In this document: one piece after another, positions 38,868 through 50,401 of the stretch
Layout: each line of letters opens with the position of its first letter
Numbering within the stretch: position 1 is the first letter of the stretch
From: Eledone cirrhosa
Lineage: Eukaryota
Assembly (NCBI GenBank): GCA_964016885.1
Contig: OZ024741.1
Location: 398,536,001 to 398,600,000, forward strand
Length of the DNA: 64,000 nucleotides
Direction of reading: 5' to 3'
Made by a program: the position numbers and the translations under genes
Notes under the pieces: generated by a model
Told to the model about the DNA's origin: nothing
Databases searched by the model: none
What the model saw: only the letters and a program-made list of their open reading frames with translations

Positions 38868-39135
38868 GCAAGATGGTTGGATAACATCCATGAGCTCAAC
38901 TAGTCTTGCTTGGGGATCCAGCCATGTGGAGGGGTATAAACCAACAGGTAGGAGACCCATGGGTAGATCTTCAGCAAGATGGTTTGATAACATCCATGAG
39001 CTCAACTAGTCTTGCTTGGGGATCCAGCCATGTGGAGGGGTATAAACCAACAGGTAGGAGACCCATGGGTAGATCTTCAGCAAGATGGTTTGATAACATC
39101 CATGAGCTCAACTAGTCTTGCTTGGGGATCCAGCC
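38868..39135 (+). repeat. 106-bp tandem duplication (2.5 copies) in an RTE 3'-end remnant
   Basis: GCAAGATGGTT(G/T)GATAACATCCATGAGCTC at 38868, 38974 and 39080. Confidence 0.85.
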
Positions 39136-39314
39136 TGATTAGTTGGAGACGGCTGCTTCTAACATGACAGGTGGAAGGACTGTTTGAGGATGCTGCCCCA
39201 CGACCCTCTCGGGAATAAGTAGGAGGAGGAGAAGTAGAAGATGAAGACGATGATGATGGAGGAGGAGGAGGTACTATTATATGTGAGTTTAAAATGTTGA
39301 GTTCAATATCATTT

Positions 39315-40145
39315 CATCATCATCATCATCATTTTACGTCCGCTTTTCCCTGCTTGCAAGAGTGGGACGGGTCCTATTCAGCACAGCACCTCTCCACTTG
39401 TCACGGTCCTTCGTCATCTCCACCGCGAGCTTCAGCGATCTGAGGTCTGCTATCACCACCTCCGCCCATGTTTTTCGTGGTCTACCTCTACTGCGTCTTC
39501 CTTCTACTGGCATTTCTTGGCACTTCTTCACCCAGCAGTCATCCTCCAACCACATCACATGTCCATACCACCTCAGTCTCCTCTCCCATACACTACATTC
39601 TATCCCTCTCAGACCCAGTTTCTCTCTCAACACATTCTTGCTGGGTCGTTCACGCACATTGACACTGCACGGAGCATGCTTGCCTCATTTCTCTCCAGCC
39701 GTCGCATATCCTCTGCAGTTGCTGCCCATGTCTCACTACCATGCAGCATCGCGCACCTCACACAGACATCATATAACTGGCCTTTCGTATGCAGGGAGAA
39801 ACCCTTCTTCGTCAGCAGAGGAAGCAGCTCCCTAAACTTCTTCCAACCCATCCTTACTCTAGATACTATGGCCTCGGAACACCCCCTCCCCCTCCCCCCA
39901 TGCTAATCTGATCACCTAGTTACTGGAAGCTATCAACCACTTCTATAGCACCCGCCTGCATTTGAAAAATGTGTCTATCAATGCGACTTCTACTGCCAAC
40001 TTTCCCTGTACATCTACTGTATACGTAGTTTTCCCTACCTGTTAGTTTGCCTGCTATCCCACTATATCTCTTGTGTACCCAAGATCTGCATTGTGTGCAT
40101 TTTATAGAATTTATGCCAGTTCCTTTTCTGCATATCGAACATGGT
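39315..40145 (-). mobile_element. RTE LINE 3' fragment, second subfamily
   Basis: CSICRKG...WVHKR, GWKKFRELLPLL, MLHGSETW, RLRWYGHV. Confidence 0.9.
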
Positions 40146-41605
40146 CTTTTTAATAAATCTTTCATCACTTCAAGAAATACTTGAACTGAAAAAAAGGAGA
40201 GAATAGCAGCCCTACCTTTCCCTTTGTTTAAATTTTATGAGAGAGGTGAGAATTAATGTCAACATAAGTAATATCGACATAGGAGTTCTGTCAGTGAGTA
40301 ACACAGAGTTACGTCCCTTGAACATTTTTTTATTGCTTACAAAGTATTTTCAATCACGGCTCCTGTCATAATTCTGTTAACTTACCTGTTATGTATCCAT
40401 GCAAATTCTCGTAATTATCAACAAAACATAGATATTCCTTTTTTTTCGTTTTGTTAATTAATTGTTTCTACTTTTTGGCACAAGGCCAGCAAATACCCAG
40501 TGCATTACTGCTACTTTATTTTATCGACCCCTCGGCGGGATTCGAACTCAGATTGGCAAGGGCCGTAACTCTGTGCGTCAAAGCATAGCGTCCAACCCTC
40601 TACCGATACTGCCAATCCACCACACGGTTTGTTAGTTAATGTTTAATAAAAAGATTATGAATTGTCTAGAATTTCAAAGTTGTTAGCCCTATATATCAAT
40701 GTATTCCTTCCTGAACATTGTTTTGGTGGTGGTGGTGGGGTCTACCATTACAATTTCCAAAGGGCTCTCTTTATTTTAGGAGTGTAGAAGAGAAATGGAA
40801 TGAGATGGTTGGGTCATGTGTTGAGGAAGGATGAAAGTAACCGGGGTGACAGATGTGATGGGAATGTATGTGGAAGGAAATAGATGAAGAGGAAGACTGA
40901 GAAAAACATAGCTAAAGATGATGGAGGATAAGAAAGCCAGAGGTTTGGTAAGGGAGATTGCAGTGGACACGGTAAAATGAAGTTTATCATGAGATCGTCA
41001 AGGTAAAGCCCTGTCTTTAGAAGGGAAAATAACCTTAAACTGTTTGTTGTATTTTTGTCTTGAACCAATTTCAGAATTATTTTACCACAACTAACTGAAT
41101 TATTTATAAGAAGATGTAGAATGTTCAAGTGCAGAAAATAACAACAATTACTGTCTGTTGTTATAACATAGTTTATAAAGATCAGGTAAAGAACCCTTAA
41201 AGATGGAAAAATGCTACAGTGACTGCTACGAAGATTCAAACTCTGATGTCTCAGATATTGGATGAATGCTCTTGTCCCTTAGCTCAATGACAAGAGCACA
41301 TAGTCGGTATCAGAAATACAAAGTTCAATTTTTCGTAGCAGTCACCGTCAACATTTTTTCGTCTCTAAGGGTCTTTACTCAATTTTTATAAGCTATTTTA
41401 GAGCAACTGACTAATTGCAATTATTTTCTGTTTGAACATCCTACATCTTTTTATAAATAAATTTTCTAAACCCATGCTAGCGTGGAAGATAGACGTTAAA
41501 CGATGATGATGAAATTTATTTCCTCAGTGCTTCAGAAGTTCTAAAATTCTAACTTTACACGTGATGTTTGTTAACTGAATTATATTTTCTCTCTACACCA
41601 AACAG

Positions 41606-41723
41606 GAGGGCACCCCAGCCATCGAATATTTCATCTGTCAGTTCATAGACACATGGGATGGATTCAATTTTAATCAATCTATTTTTAAATTGATTCCTCA
41701 TTTCCGAATACACACATTTTCAG
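41606..41723 (+). CDS. CENPI: CENP-I exon 11 (EGTPAIEYFICQFIDTWDGFNFNQSIFKLIPHFRIHTFS)
   Basis: CAG/GTACGT; conserved EG...E.F......WDG motif. Confidence 0.95.
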
Positions 41724-42936
41724 GTACGTATGATATTTTGAATGTAATTACTATATAATTTATATTTGAAATGTGTATGTGTTCCTCAATGCAAGTGACC
41801 AAAATAATAGTTGATCACTATAAATAATAGTGGAGGTGTGTGGGCTAGTGGTAAGGGTGTTAGGCTTATGATCATAATACCGTGGTTTTGATTCCTGGAC
41901 TGGGCTGTATGTTGTGTTCTTGAGCAAAATACTTCATTTCACATTGCTTCAGCATATTCAGCTGAAAATGAGTACCAGTAATAGCTGGGGGTTTAACCCT
42001 GTGATGGTGCCCTGTCCAGGGGGAAGTCATGTACTCTGTCACTTCATGTCATGGAAACCATGATTAGATACTTTGGCTTATAAATGGGGTTTAAATTTTT
42101 GCCCATTTCTCAGATATAAAATAGGGGACTGGCTTATATTTAAGTATATATATGGTCATTGATAATTTAACATCATTGAAAGACAGTTGTAAACTTCTCT
42201 TGTGTTATCAATACTTGTATATAAGCTGAGAAATAGGGGACAAAAAAAAATCAATCGTAAAATGGGGGTTGGCTTATATTCAGGTATATAGAGTAATTAA
42301 TAATTTAACATTATTTAAAGACTGTTGTAAACCTCACCTGAGGTGTTAATTAATTTTTAAGTTAATTTCTTTTCGTGAGTTTTATATCAAATAATAATAT
42401 TTGATTCGTTTGCAAGCAAACAGCCTCATTACGCTGTTTTTTAGATGACATCATCATTTTTTTGTTCTAGCAGTGGCACATAATGTTGACGAAGGGCAAT
42501 AACCCAGAAACAATATTGTTTCTACTTTTGGCATAAGGCCAGCAATTATTCCAGTACATTACTGGTACTTTATTTTATCGACCCTGTAAGGGTGAAAGGC
42601 AAAGTTAACCTCGGCGGGAATTGAACTCAGACTGTAAAGGAACATAACTCTATGCTGGAAAGCATGGCGTCCAATCCTCTACCGATATTGCCGATCAATA
42701 ACCCAGAAACAATATTGTTGGTTGTTTCTCTATGCTACTGCTAGAACAAAAGGACCGCAATGGTCATCTAAAACACATAACATAATGAGCCTGTCAGATT
42801 GCAAATCGAATATTATTATTATTTGATATAAAACTCACGAATACATTTACATATCCACTACGTTAGAGAGAAAAACGAAATTCTAATTTTCTTTTTAATT
42901 TCTCTTCTTTTTCATCTTTCCAAATATTATATTCAG

Positions 42937-43001
42937 AACTTCATCGAATTTTATTGGATCCTTTGAAGAAAATATTTTTCCGACGTGGAATTTATATAAA
43001 G
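42937..43001 (+). CDS. CENPI: CENP-I exon 12 (ELHRILLDPLKKIFFRRGIYIK)
   Basis: TTCAG/GTAAAA, phase 1-0; matches L..L..LFF....YFK. Confidence 0.92.
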
Positions 43002-43015
43002 GTAAAATGAGAATA

Positions 43016-45337
43016 TCATCATCATCATCATCGTTTAACGTCCGTGTTCCACGCTTGCATGGGTTTGGACGGGAGTTTTCCCACTTGAGGCAAGAGTTGT
43101 TGTCTTGCTCGCATAGGACTGTCTGGCGGGTTTTCTACAGTTGGATGCCCTTCCTAACACCAACCACATTTACAGTGTGGGGCTGGGAGGTTTTTACCGT
43201 GTTGCCTACACGGCCACATTACAGCGTGGACTGTCTGGCAGGTTTTCTACAGCTGGATGCCCTTCCTAACACCAACCACATTTACAGTGTGGGACTGGGA
43301 GGTTTTTACCGTGCTGCCTACACGGTCACATTACAGCGTGGACTGTGTGTTTTTTTGTCGTGACACCTACACGATCTCATTTGTTTCGGCCTGGATTTTG
43401 TAGCACCAACATAACTTTACATTGAAAGGGACGGTGTGGGTGGGACGGGGGTGTATTTTGTTAGAGATGCCTACTGACTGTAGTAGGTTTTAATTTGTAT
43501 TTAGGTAACGCGGGTCTTCTCTATTACTGAGTACCGCCAAAGCTCTCAGTCCAGTGACATTGTCTTGGAGAGGTGTAAGTGTGTGAGGTAGGAATTTATC
43601 AGCTCGTCCCAGGTTTTTCTGGGTCTGCCTACTCCGTGGCTACCATCTATCTTTATTGCCCTGCACTTTGTTATACAGCTGTCGTCTTTCATGCGCATCA
43701 CGTGACCATACCAACGTAGCCTTCTCTCGAGTAAACAACATCTGATCCCTCTTATTTCTAATTTTTTACTTAGTTCGTTTATGCTTTGCCGTTTGCGTAT
43801 ATTACTATTACACATCCAGCGGAGCATGCAAGCTTCGTTCCTCTCTAGTCTGCGTATATCCTCTGCACGCAATGCCCAGGTCTCACTACCATGCAACATT
43901 GCTGTTCGTATGCAGGCATCATACAACCTGCCTTTCACTTTTAGGGAGAACCCTTTAGCAGCTAATAGTGGTATAAGCTCTCTGAACTTTTTCCATCCAG
44001 TTCCGACTCTAGCTACTGTACTTTCAGAGCACCCTCCCCCACTGCTGATTTTGTCACCCAGGTAACGGAAGCTGTCCACTATTTCTATAGAACCCTCTGC
44101 GCAGTTGAAAGAGCTAGTATTTTGTGGGCACTTGCTGCTACTTATTGCACCAGAGCACCGGCCACATGTAAAATCTGTGTTCTTAGTTAGCTTACCTGTG
44201 ATCCCACTACATCTTTTATGCACCCATACTTTGCATTTGGGACATAAAATGGAGTTTCTAGCTACGCCTTTCCTACACACTTAGCATGGCCATTTCCCGT
44301 GAGGGACCGGCGCCTTATTTTCTTTCCTACAAACTAGAACTTTAGTCTTAGCCATGTTAATTTTAAGGCCTTTTGATTCTAGGCCGTGCTTCCATGTTTG
44401 GAATTTCTTCTCTAGCTCGGCCATTGATTCAGCTATGAGCGTTAGGTCATCTGCGTATAGGAGTTCCCATGGGCAGCCGGTCTTGAACTCCTCTGTTATA
44501 GCCTGAAGAGCAATAATGAATAGTAGGGGGCTAAGAACAGAGCCCTGATGGACACCAACTTTTACGCTAAACTCTTCACTATATTCGTTATTAATTCTAA
44601 CCTTGCTCACTGTTTCTTTATACATGGCTTGTATAGCTCTCACAAGCCATTCGTCAACACCTAGTTTTCTAAGAGCCCACCAGATAATGGATCGGGGCAC
44701 TCTGTCGAAGGCTTTCTCCAAGTCGACAAAGGCTAAGTATAGGGGTTTACTTTTAGCTAGGTACTTCTCCTGTAGTTGTCGTACAATGAAAAGAGCGTCT
44801 GTGGTACTTTTGCCTGACACAAACCCGAACTGCATTTCATCTAGATCGATTCTCTCTCTGATTAGTTGCACTATTACTTTTTCCGTGACCTTCATGACCT
44901 GGTCGATTAATTTAATCCCTCTATAGTTACTCCTATCTAGGGCGTCTCCTTTACCCTTGTAACAGTTAATGATGATGCTGCTACGCCAGTCCTTCGGAAC
45001 AACCCCATTCTGTATGACTTGGTTTACTATCCGGGTGACCATGGTGTGTCCCACCGTTCCAGAGGCCTTCAGCATCTCAGCGACTATTTCCGAAGGCCCA
45101 GCCGCCTTACCCGTCTTCATATCTTTGATTGCCTTACTTATTATACTACCTTCAACTAACACTGCTGGTCCCTCTATTGGATCGATCTGGGGGAGACTAT
45201 CCTTCTCCCATTTATTCTCCTCATTTAGTAGCCTCTCGTAGTGACACTTCCAAGCGACCTTCTTATCAGCGTCAGTGATGGCGAGTACGCCATCATCATT
45301 TAGTACACACTTCTCCCCAACAATATCACGGTTTTCC
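43016..45337 (-). mobile_element. 5'-truncated RTE LINE, antisense to the host gene, tail about 15 nt from the exon-12 donor
   Basis: ORFs 44281..45162 and 43546..44280, near-identical to the 60.5-64 kb element. Confidence 0.95.
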
Positions 45338-45654
45338 TTAATGTGTTACTATTTGACTGTCTTTATTGTGTTGACATAGAATATTACTGGTATCTTTGTA
45401 AGCTAGTGGTTCTTGTTTGGACTTGTAACTCCTGCTGGACTCGTAGGGGTGACATAGTAACATATGGCATTTCATGGGCATTTTAAACCTAGCAGAACCC
45501 ATCCCCTTCTCTCCAGGTTTGAACATTGCTGAGTTCTTTCAGAGAGAGAGAGTGATAGAGAGGAAGTGAAAAAGAGATATAGAGGAAGAATCAACCCCTG
45601 GATTGGTAGCTTTTTTTTTGTATCGACCTTGAAAGGAAATGACTTTGTTACATG

Positions 45655-46400
45655 GGACTTGTAGAAGGTTCTACAGCAGCATGGGGTTGCTGGACAGCTT
45701 CTTGTTGCAATGAAGTTCCTATATGAATGCCCAAGTATTTGAATAAATGGTGCCAAGTTGAAACCCTTCAATGTGGTTGTTGGATTTTGGCAAGGGTGCG
45801 TATTACCACCTCTCCTGTTCATAATCTTCATGAACAGAATTGACATCCTCAGCTGGGATGGAAGGTGTAGAATTAATCAGCTGGAATTTGCAGATGACAT
45901 AGTACCACTTAACAGGGCTGTTTTCACAAGATGCAAGAGAGGCTGGAGTTGGTACAGTAATGAGACAGCTTCAGCACCCCATCATCAGAATAAGGGAGGT
46001 AGGTGTAAAAGCCAAACTCGCTGTCTTCAAATTAGTGTTCGTGCCTATACTTACATATGGTCATGATTTTAGGGTAATGACTGAAAGAATATGATCGTGA
46101 ACACAAGTCGCTGAAATGGAGTTTCTTTGAAAGGTCTTTGGAGTAATGTTACTTGATAGGGTGTGGAGCTCAGAGATCAGGGTGTTGCTCCAGGTCGAGC
46201 CCCTACTTCTCTGAATTGAGAGATCACAGCTCTGATACTATGGACATGTGGTTAGAATGGCAAGAGACCCAGCTGTAGACAATGAGCAAAATGGTTGGAT
46301 AACATCTATGAGCTCGGTTGGTTTTGCATGGAGATTCAGCTAGTGGTTAGTTTGGAGACTCTCTGGAAAGGTGATGATTCTGGCCCGATGACTTTCTGAG
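45655..46400 (+). mobile_element. Degenerate RTE-like RT/3' fragment (third family)
   Basis: QGCVLPPLLFIIFM and FADD motifs; C-terminal region is the parent type of the 123-bp array. Confidence 0.75.
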
Positions 46401-46404
46401 GAAT

Positions 46405-47283
46405 TATAATAATAATAAAATTATTGTGTACAGTGCTCAGGTGCACTACAACTCATCAAAGGTGCATGTATGGTACATAGAATAATATATAAATGTCAGG
46501 GAAGTGAATAGTGTATGAGTCATGATATACATGTGTGCGTGTGTGTATGGAGGGGGAATATTAGGTGTAGTGTTGGCGAATCTCAGGAAGCATGGAGGTT
46601 TTAAAGGATGCAGTGTCTCGACAGCTAACAACTGATGCAGGTAGTTTGTTCCATTGAGGTTTTAAAGGATGCAGTGTCTCGACAGCTAACAACTGATGCA
46701 GGTAGTTTGTTCCATTGAGGTTTTAAAGGATGCAGTGTCTCGACAGCTAACAACTGATGCAGGTAGTTTGTTCCATGGAGGTTTTAAAGGATGCAGTGTC
46801 TCGACAGCTAACGACTGATGCAGATAGTTTGTTCCATGGAGGTTTTAAAGGATGCAGTGTCTCGACAGCTAATAACTGATGTAGGTAGTTTGTTCCATGG
46901 AGGTTTTAAAGGATGTAGTGTCTCGACAGCTAACAACTGATGCAGGTAGTTTGTTCCATTGAGGTTTTAAAGGATGCAGTGTCTCGACAGCTAACAACTG
47001 ATGCAGGTAGTTTGTTCCATGGAGGTTTTAAAGGATGCAGTGTCTCGACAGCTAACAACTGATGCAGGTAGTTTGTTCCATGGAGGTTTTAAAGGATGCA
47101 GTGTCTCGACAGCTAACAACTGATGCAGGTAGTTTGTTCCATGCTTCAGCAACTCTGAGCGTGAAAAAATGTTTCCGAAAGTCATGGGAGCTGTGCTGTT
47201 TTCTGACTTTGTGGGCATGCCCACGTGTGTTAGACACATGGAAATCAAAAAGGTACTCAGGGTTGTTGGCAAGATGGTTAATA
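46405..47283 (-). mobile_element. CR1 3' fragment containing 9 tandem copies of a 61-bp unit (46591-47142)
   Basis: Unit translates to WNKLPASVVSCRDTASFKTSM; normal CR1 sequence on both sides. Confidence 0.92.
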
Positions 47284-47446
47284 TTGGGCAAAGAAGAAGA
47301 CCTTGCTGAGATTTCAGCCCAGTGCAAAGAGCCTTAACAAATACTCAAAGAATTTTATACAATGTTTTAACGACCCTACCAATTAACTGTTGTGGTCCAG
47401 TGATTATCCTTGTGTAAACATTGTTTTTTTTTTATACTTTATCTAG

Positions 47447-47562
47447 TGTCGGATCCTGATAACCTTAACAGAGCTAGTCTGCAATTATATCAATAAATGG
47501 CACTATCTTCAGTTATTAAAGAGAAGGAAATCTTCAAAGGGCACTTTTATACCAAAGCATGA
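47447..47562 (+). CDS. CENPI: CENP-I exon 13 (CRILITLTELVCNYINKWHYLQLLK...)
   Basis: T-tract + CTAG acceptor, GA|GTATGT donor; matches C..L..L.EL..N. Confidence 0.88.
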
Positions 47563-47758
47563 GTATGTATTATTCTTTAATTTCAACTCTTAATAATAAC
47601 TGCATTGTTTCTTTCCAGGTACTATATTGAAAAGTAAACCTCATTTGGTCATTCCGTGAGAGTATCTTGGTCAGCCTATGAACTTTTCAACTGAACTTTG
47701 AATTCCGCCCTACCTGTCTCCTCAATCTTTCTATTTCTTCTTTAATTTCTCTTTCTAA

Positions 47759-47793
47759 TTTCTGATGAAGGACTAGTGTCTGAAACGTTAAGA
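47759..47793 (+). ncRNA. Second minimal hammerhead-like motif (weakened stem I)
   Basis: TTT-CTGATGA-A-GGAC-tagt-GTCT-GAAAC-GTT-AAGA. Confidence 0.5.
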
Positions 47794-48103
47794 CTCTTTT
47801 CCTACTATATCAATCATAAAACTAATAATATATTTCTTCATTGTACTGTGTTGTTTGCTTTGTTATTTCTGTTTGCCTTTTGAGTACACACACACACACA
47901 TATATACACACACACATACATATATATATATGTATGTAAAAGGTAAATAGAAATAACAACACAATCGGTACAGTATATGGAAGGAATATATTAGGTTAAC
48001 GCTTGATATAGCAGAAAGAGGGTCTTAACGTTTCCCAAAGAATGGGAAATAAAATAGATTGAGAGGACGGGCGGGATGGAATTGGAAAAAATGTCTTTAG
48101 ATA

Positions 48104-48150
<47 letters not shown>

Positions 48151-48164
48151 ATTTTTAATTTCAG

Positions 48165-48318
48165 ATTCAGTTTATTTCAAGGTGACTTTGATGAGTTCCA
48201 AGCTGAAATTGAATTCAAGAAATTGATTGACTTTGTTGATGAACTGTGTCTTATGGGATTACTGTGTGAAGATGATCACCTGTTAATGGTACATTTCTGT
48301 CTTTGGTTCCAGGAACAG
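48165..48318 (+). CDS. CENPI: CENP-I exon 14 (FSLFQGDFDEF...KLIDFVDELCLMGLLCEDDHLLMVHFCLWFQEQ)
   Basis: TTTCAG/GTAAGG, phase 2-0; matches KLI.YV..L.......LLHFIL.FYE; alternative acceptor at 48171. Confidence 0.92.
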
Positions 48319-48690
48319 GTAAGGCTGCTGTTGTTGTCTAGATTTGAAGGTGCATGGCTTTGTGGTTAGAGCGTCGGGCTTACAATCTTGAGGTTGTGAG
48401 TTTGATTCTCGGACCCGGCTTTGCATTGTGTTCTTGAGCAAGACACTTTATTTCACGTTGCTCCAGTTTACTCAACTGTAGAAATGAGTTGTGACGTCAC
48501 TGGTGCCAAGCTGTATTAGCCATTGCCTTTCTCTTGGACAACATCAGTGGCGTGGAGAGAGGAGACTGGTTTACATGGGCAGCCACTGGTCTTCCACAAA
48601 AACATACTGCCCAGGCTTGTGCCTCAGAAGGGAAATTTTCTAGGTGCAAATCCCATTGTCATTCCTGACCAAAGAGGGTCCTTACCCTTT

Positions 48691-48865
48691 GTTGTCTATA
48701 TTTACTGCTGCTGTTGTTGTCTATATTTACTGCTGCTGTTGTTGTCTATATTTACTGCTGCTGTTGTTGTCTATATTTACTGCTGCTGTTGTTGTCTATA
48801 TTTAGTGCTGCTGTTGTTGACTATATTTACTGCTGCTGTTGTTGTCTATATTTAGTGCTGTTGTT
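48691..48865. repeat. Minisatellite, 25-bp unit, about 7 copies
   Basis: GTTGTCTATATTTACTGCTGCTGTT repeats at a SINE 3' end. Confidence 0.9.
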
Positions 48866-49107
48866 GGCAAATGAACTCTCTCTCCACCTTTCATTCCCCT
48901 CCTACTCCCCCACTCACTCACTCGCTCGCTCTCTCCCTCTTTTTCTCATTCTCCTTACTCTCTCTCCCTTACCCCCTCTACCTCTCTTGCTCTCACTCCC
49001 CTCCTTCATGCTCTCTCTCTCTCTCTCTCAATCTCAAACTAAATTCTTTATTTCAATGTAAATAATTCTTTCTATTTTCACTTGGTAACAATTCTTTCTT
49101 TCTTCAG

Positions 49108-49232
49108 ATATTAATAAACATTCAAAAGACCAACTTTGTCCTCTTAACCGTTCCATCTCCGCAATTTATCAGCCGTCTCATTGTTTCCAACCATTCAACC
49201 GTTATTTCCCGTCTCTGCCACATCATTTACCA
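49108..49232 (+). CDS. CENPI: CENP-I exon 15 (ILINIQKTNFVLLTVPSPQFISRLIVSNHSTVISRLCHIIYQ)
   Basis: TCTTCAG/GTAAGT, phase 0-2; matches LC.I..RY. Confidence 0.92.
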
Positions 49233-49289
49233 GTAAGTCTCAACAAATGTTATTTTCATTTTTAAAAGGTTCAAAATTATTTGATGGAA

Positions 49290-49324
<35 letters not shown>

Positions 49325-50401
49325 CGTGCGCGTGTGTGTGTATACCTGATAGAATGCAAGGAATTGGCAGAGTTGTTAGAACGTCAGGTAGAATGCTTTA
49401 TGGTATTTGTTCCAACTTTTTATTCTCTAAGTTCAAATCTCGCCGAGGTCAACTTTGCCTTTCATACATTCAAGTTGATAAAAAGTACCAGTCTAATATT
49501 GGGGTCGATTCTTCCTCTATATCTCTTTCTCACTTCAATTCTCTCACACTAACTATCTATCCTTCTCTGGAAGAAATCTGCTGTATTCAGACCTGTCACT
49601 AAAAATGGCGACAAGGAAGGTCGCTTGACCACGTCTTGACCGAACAAAATATAATATTTTCACCAAAAACTACCCTTTAAACACATGTCAGATGGATTAC
49701 AATATTCATTATTACAATTACTTTGACTGTTCCCTGACAACTAGTACCAGTTTCAAGATAGAATTATTTTAACGAAGTATATATAATTTGACTTGATTTT
49801 CGCCAACAAACAACGTGTGGACATGGACGGGGAAAAAAGGGAAAAAAAAAACAAAACAAATCACTACATCCCTTAAGGATCGCAGTAAGTACTCCACAAA
49901 ACATATAAACAACAATATACACACAGACGTATATACAGATATATACCATATGCATATACACACACGTGAAAAGAAACCACACTATTTCGTGTGAGACACT
50001 ATACCGGCCAATTTTACCAATTTACATTGGTAAAATATTTCTTAACATTGACCTCGCTTCTAACCCACATACACCTTTTAATTATATATATATACTAGCA
50101 GCTGAAAGTTAATAATTTGAAAAAAAAAAATATTATTGAAAGTTTACTATAAAGAAGCAGTATCAGGGAAAAAAAAACAAAAACAAAAAAAAACCTTATT
50201 TCGCTGTTAATAAACAACTGCCTTCTACAGTACGTTTCATTTAACTTATGCAGCATATTTATTTGTTTACATGCACAGACTCTTCTACACACACAACATT
50301 TAGGAAAACGGAAACAAAATACACAAACAAACAGACATTTTATTTCTATCGTAATCAAGTGCGCTAAACCTATATTGTTTACATTCTGTGTTTTTCTACG
50401 G

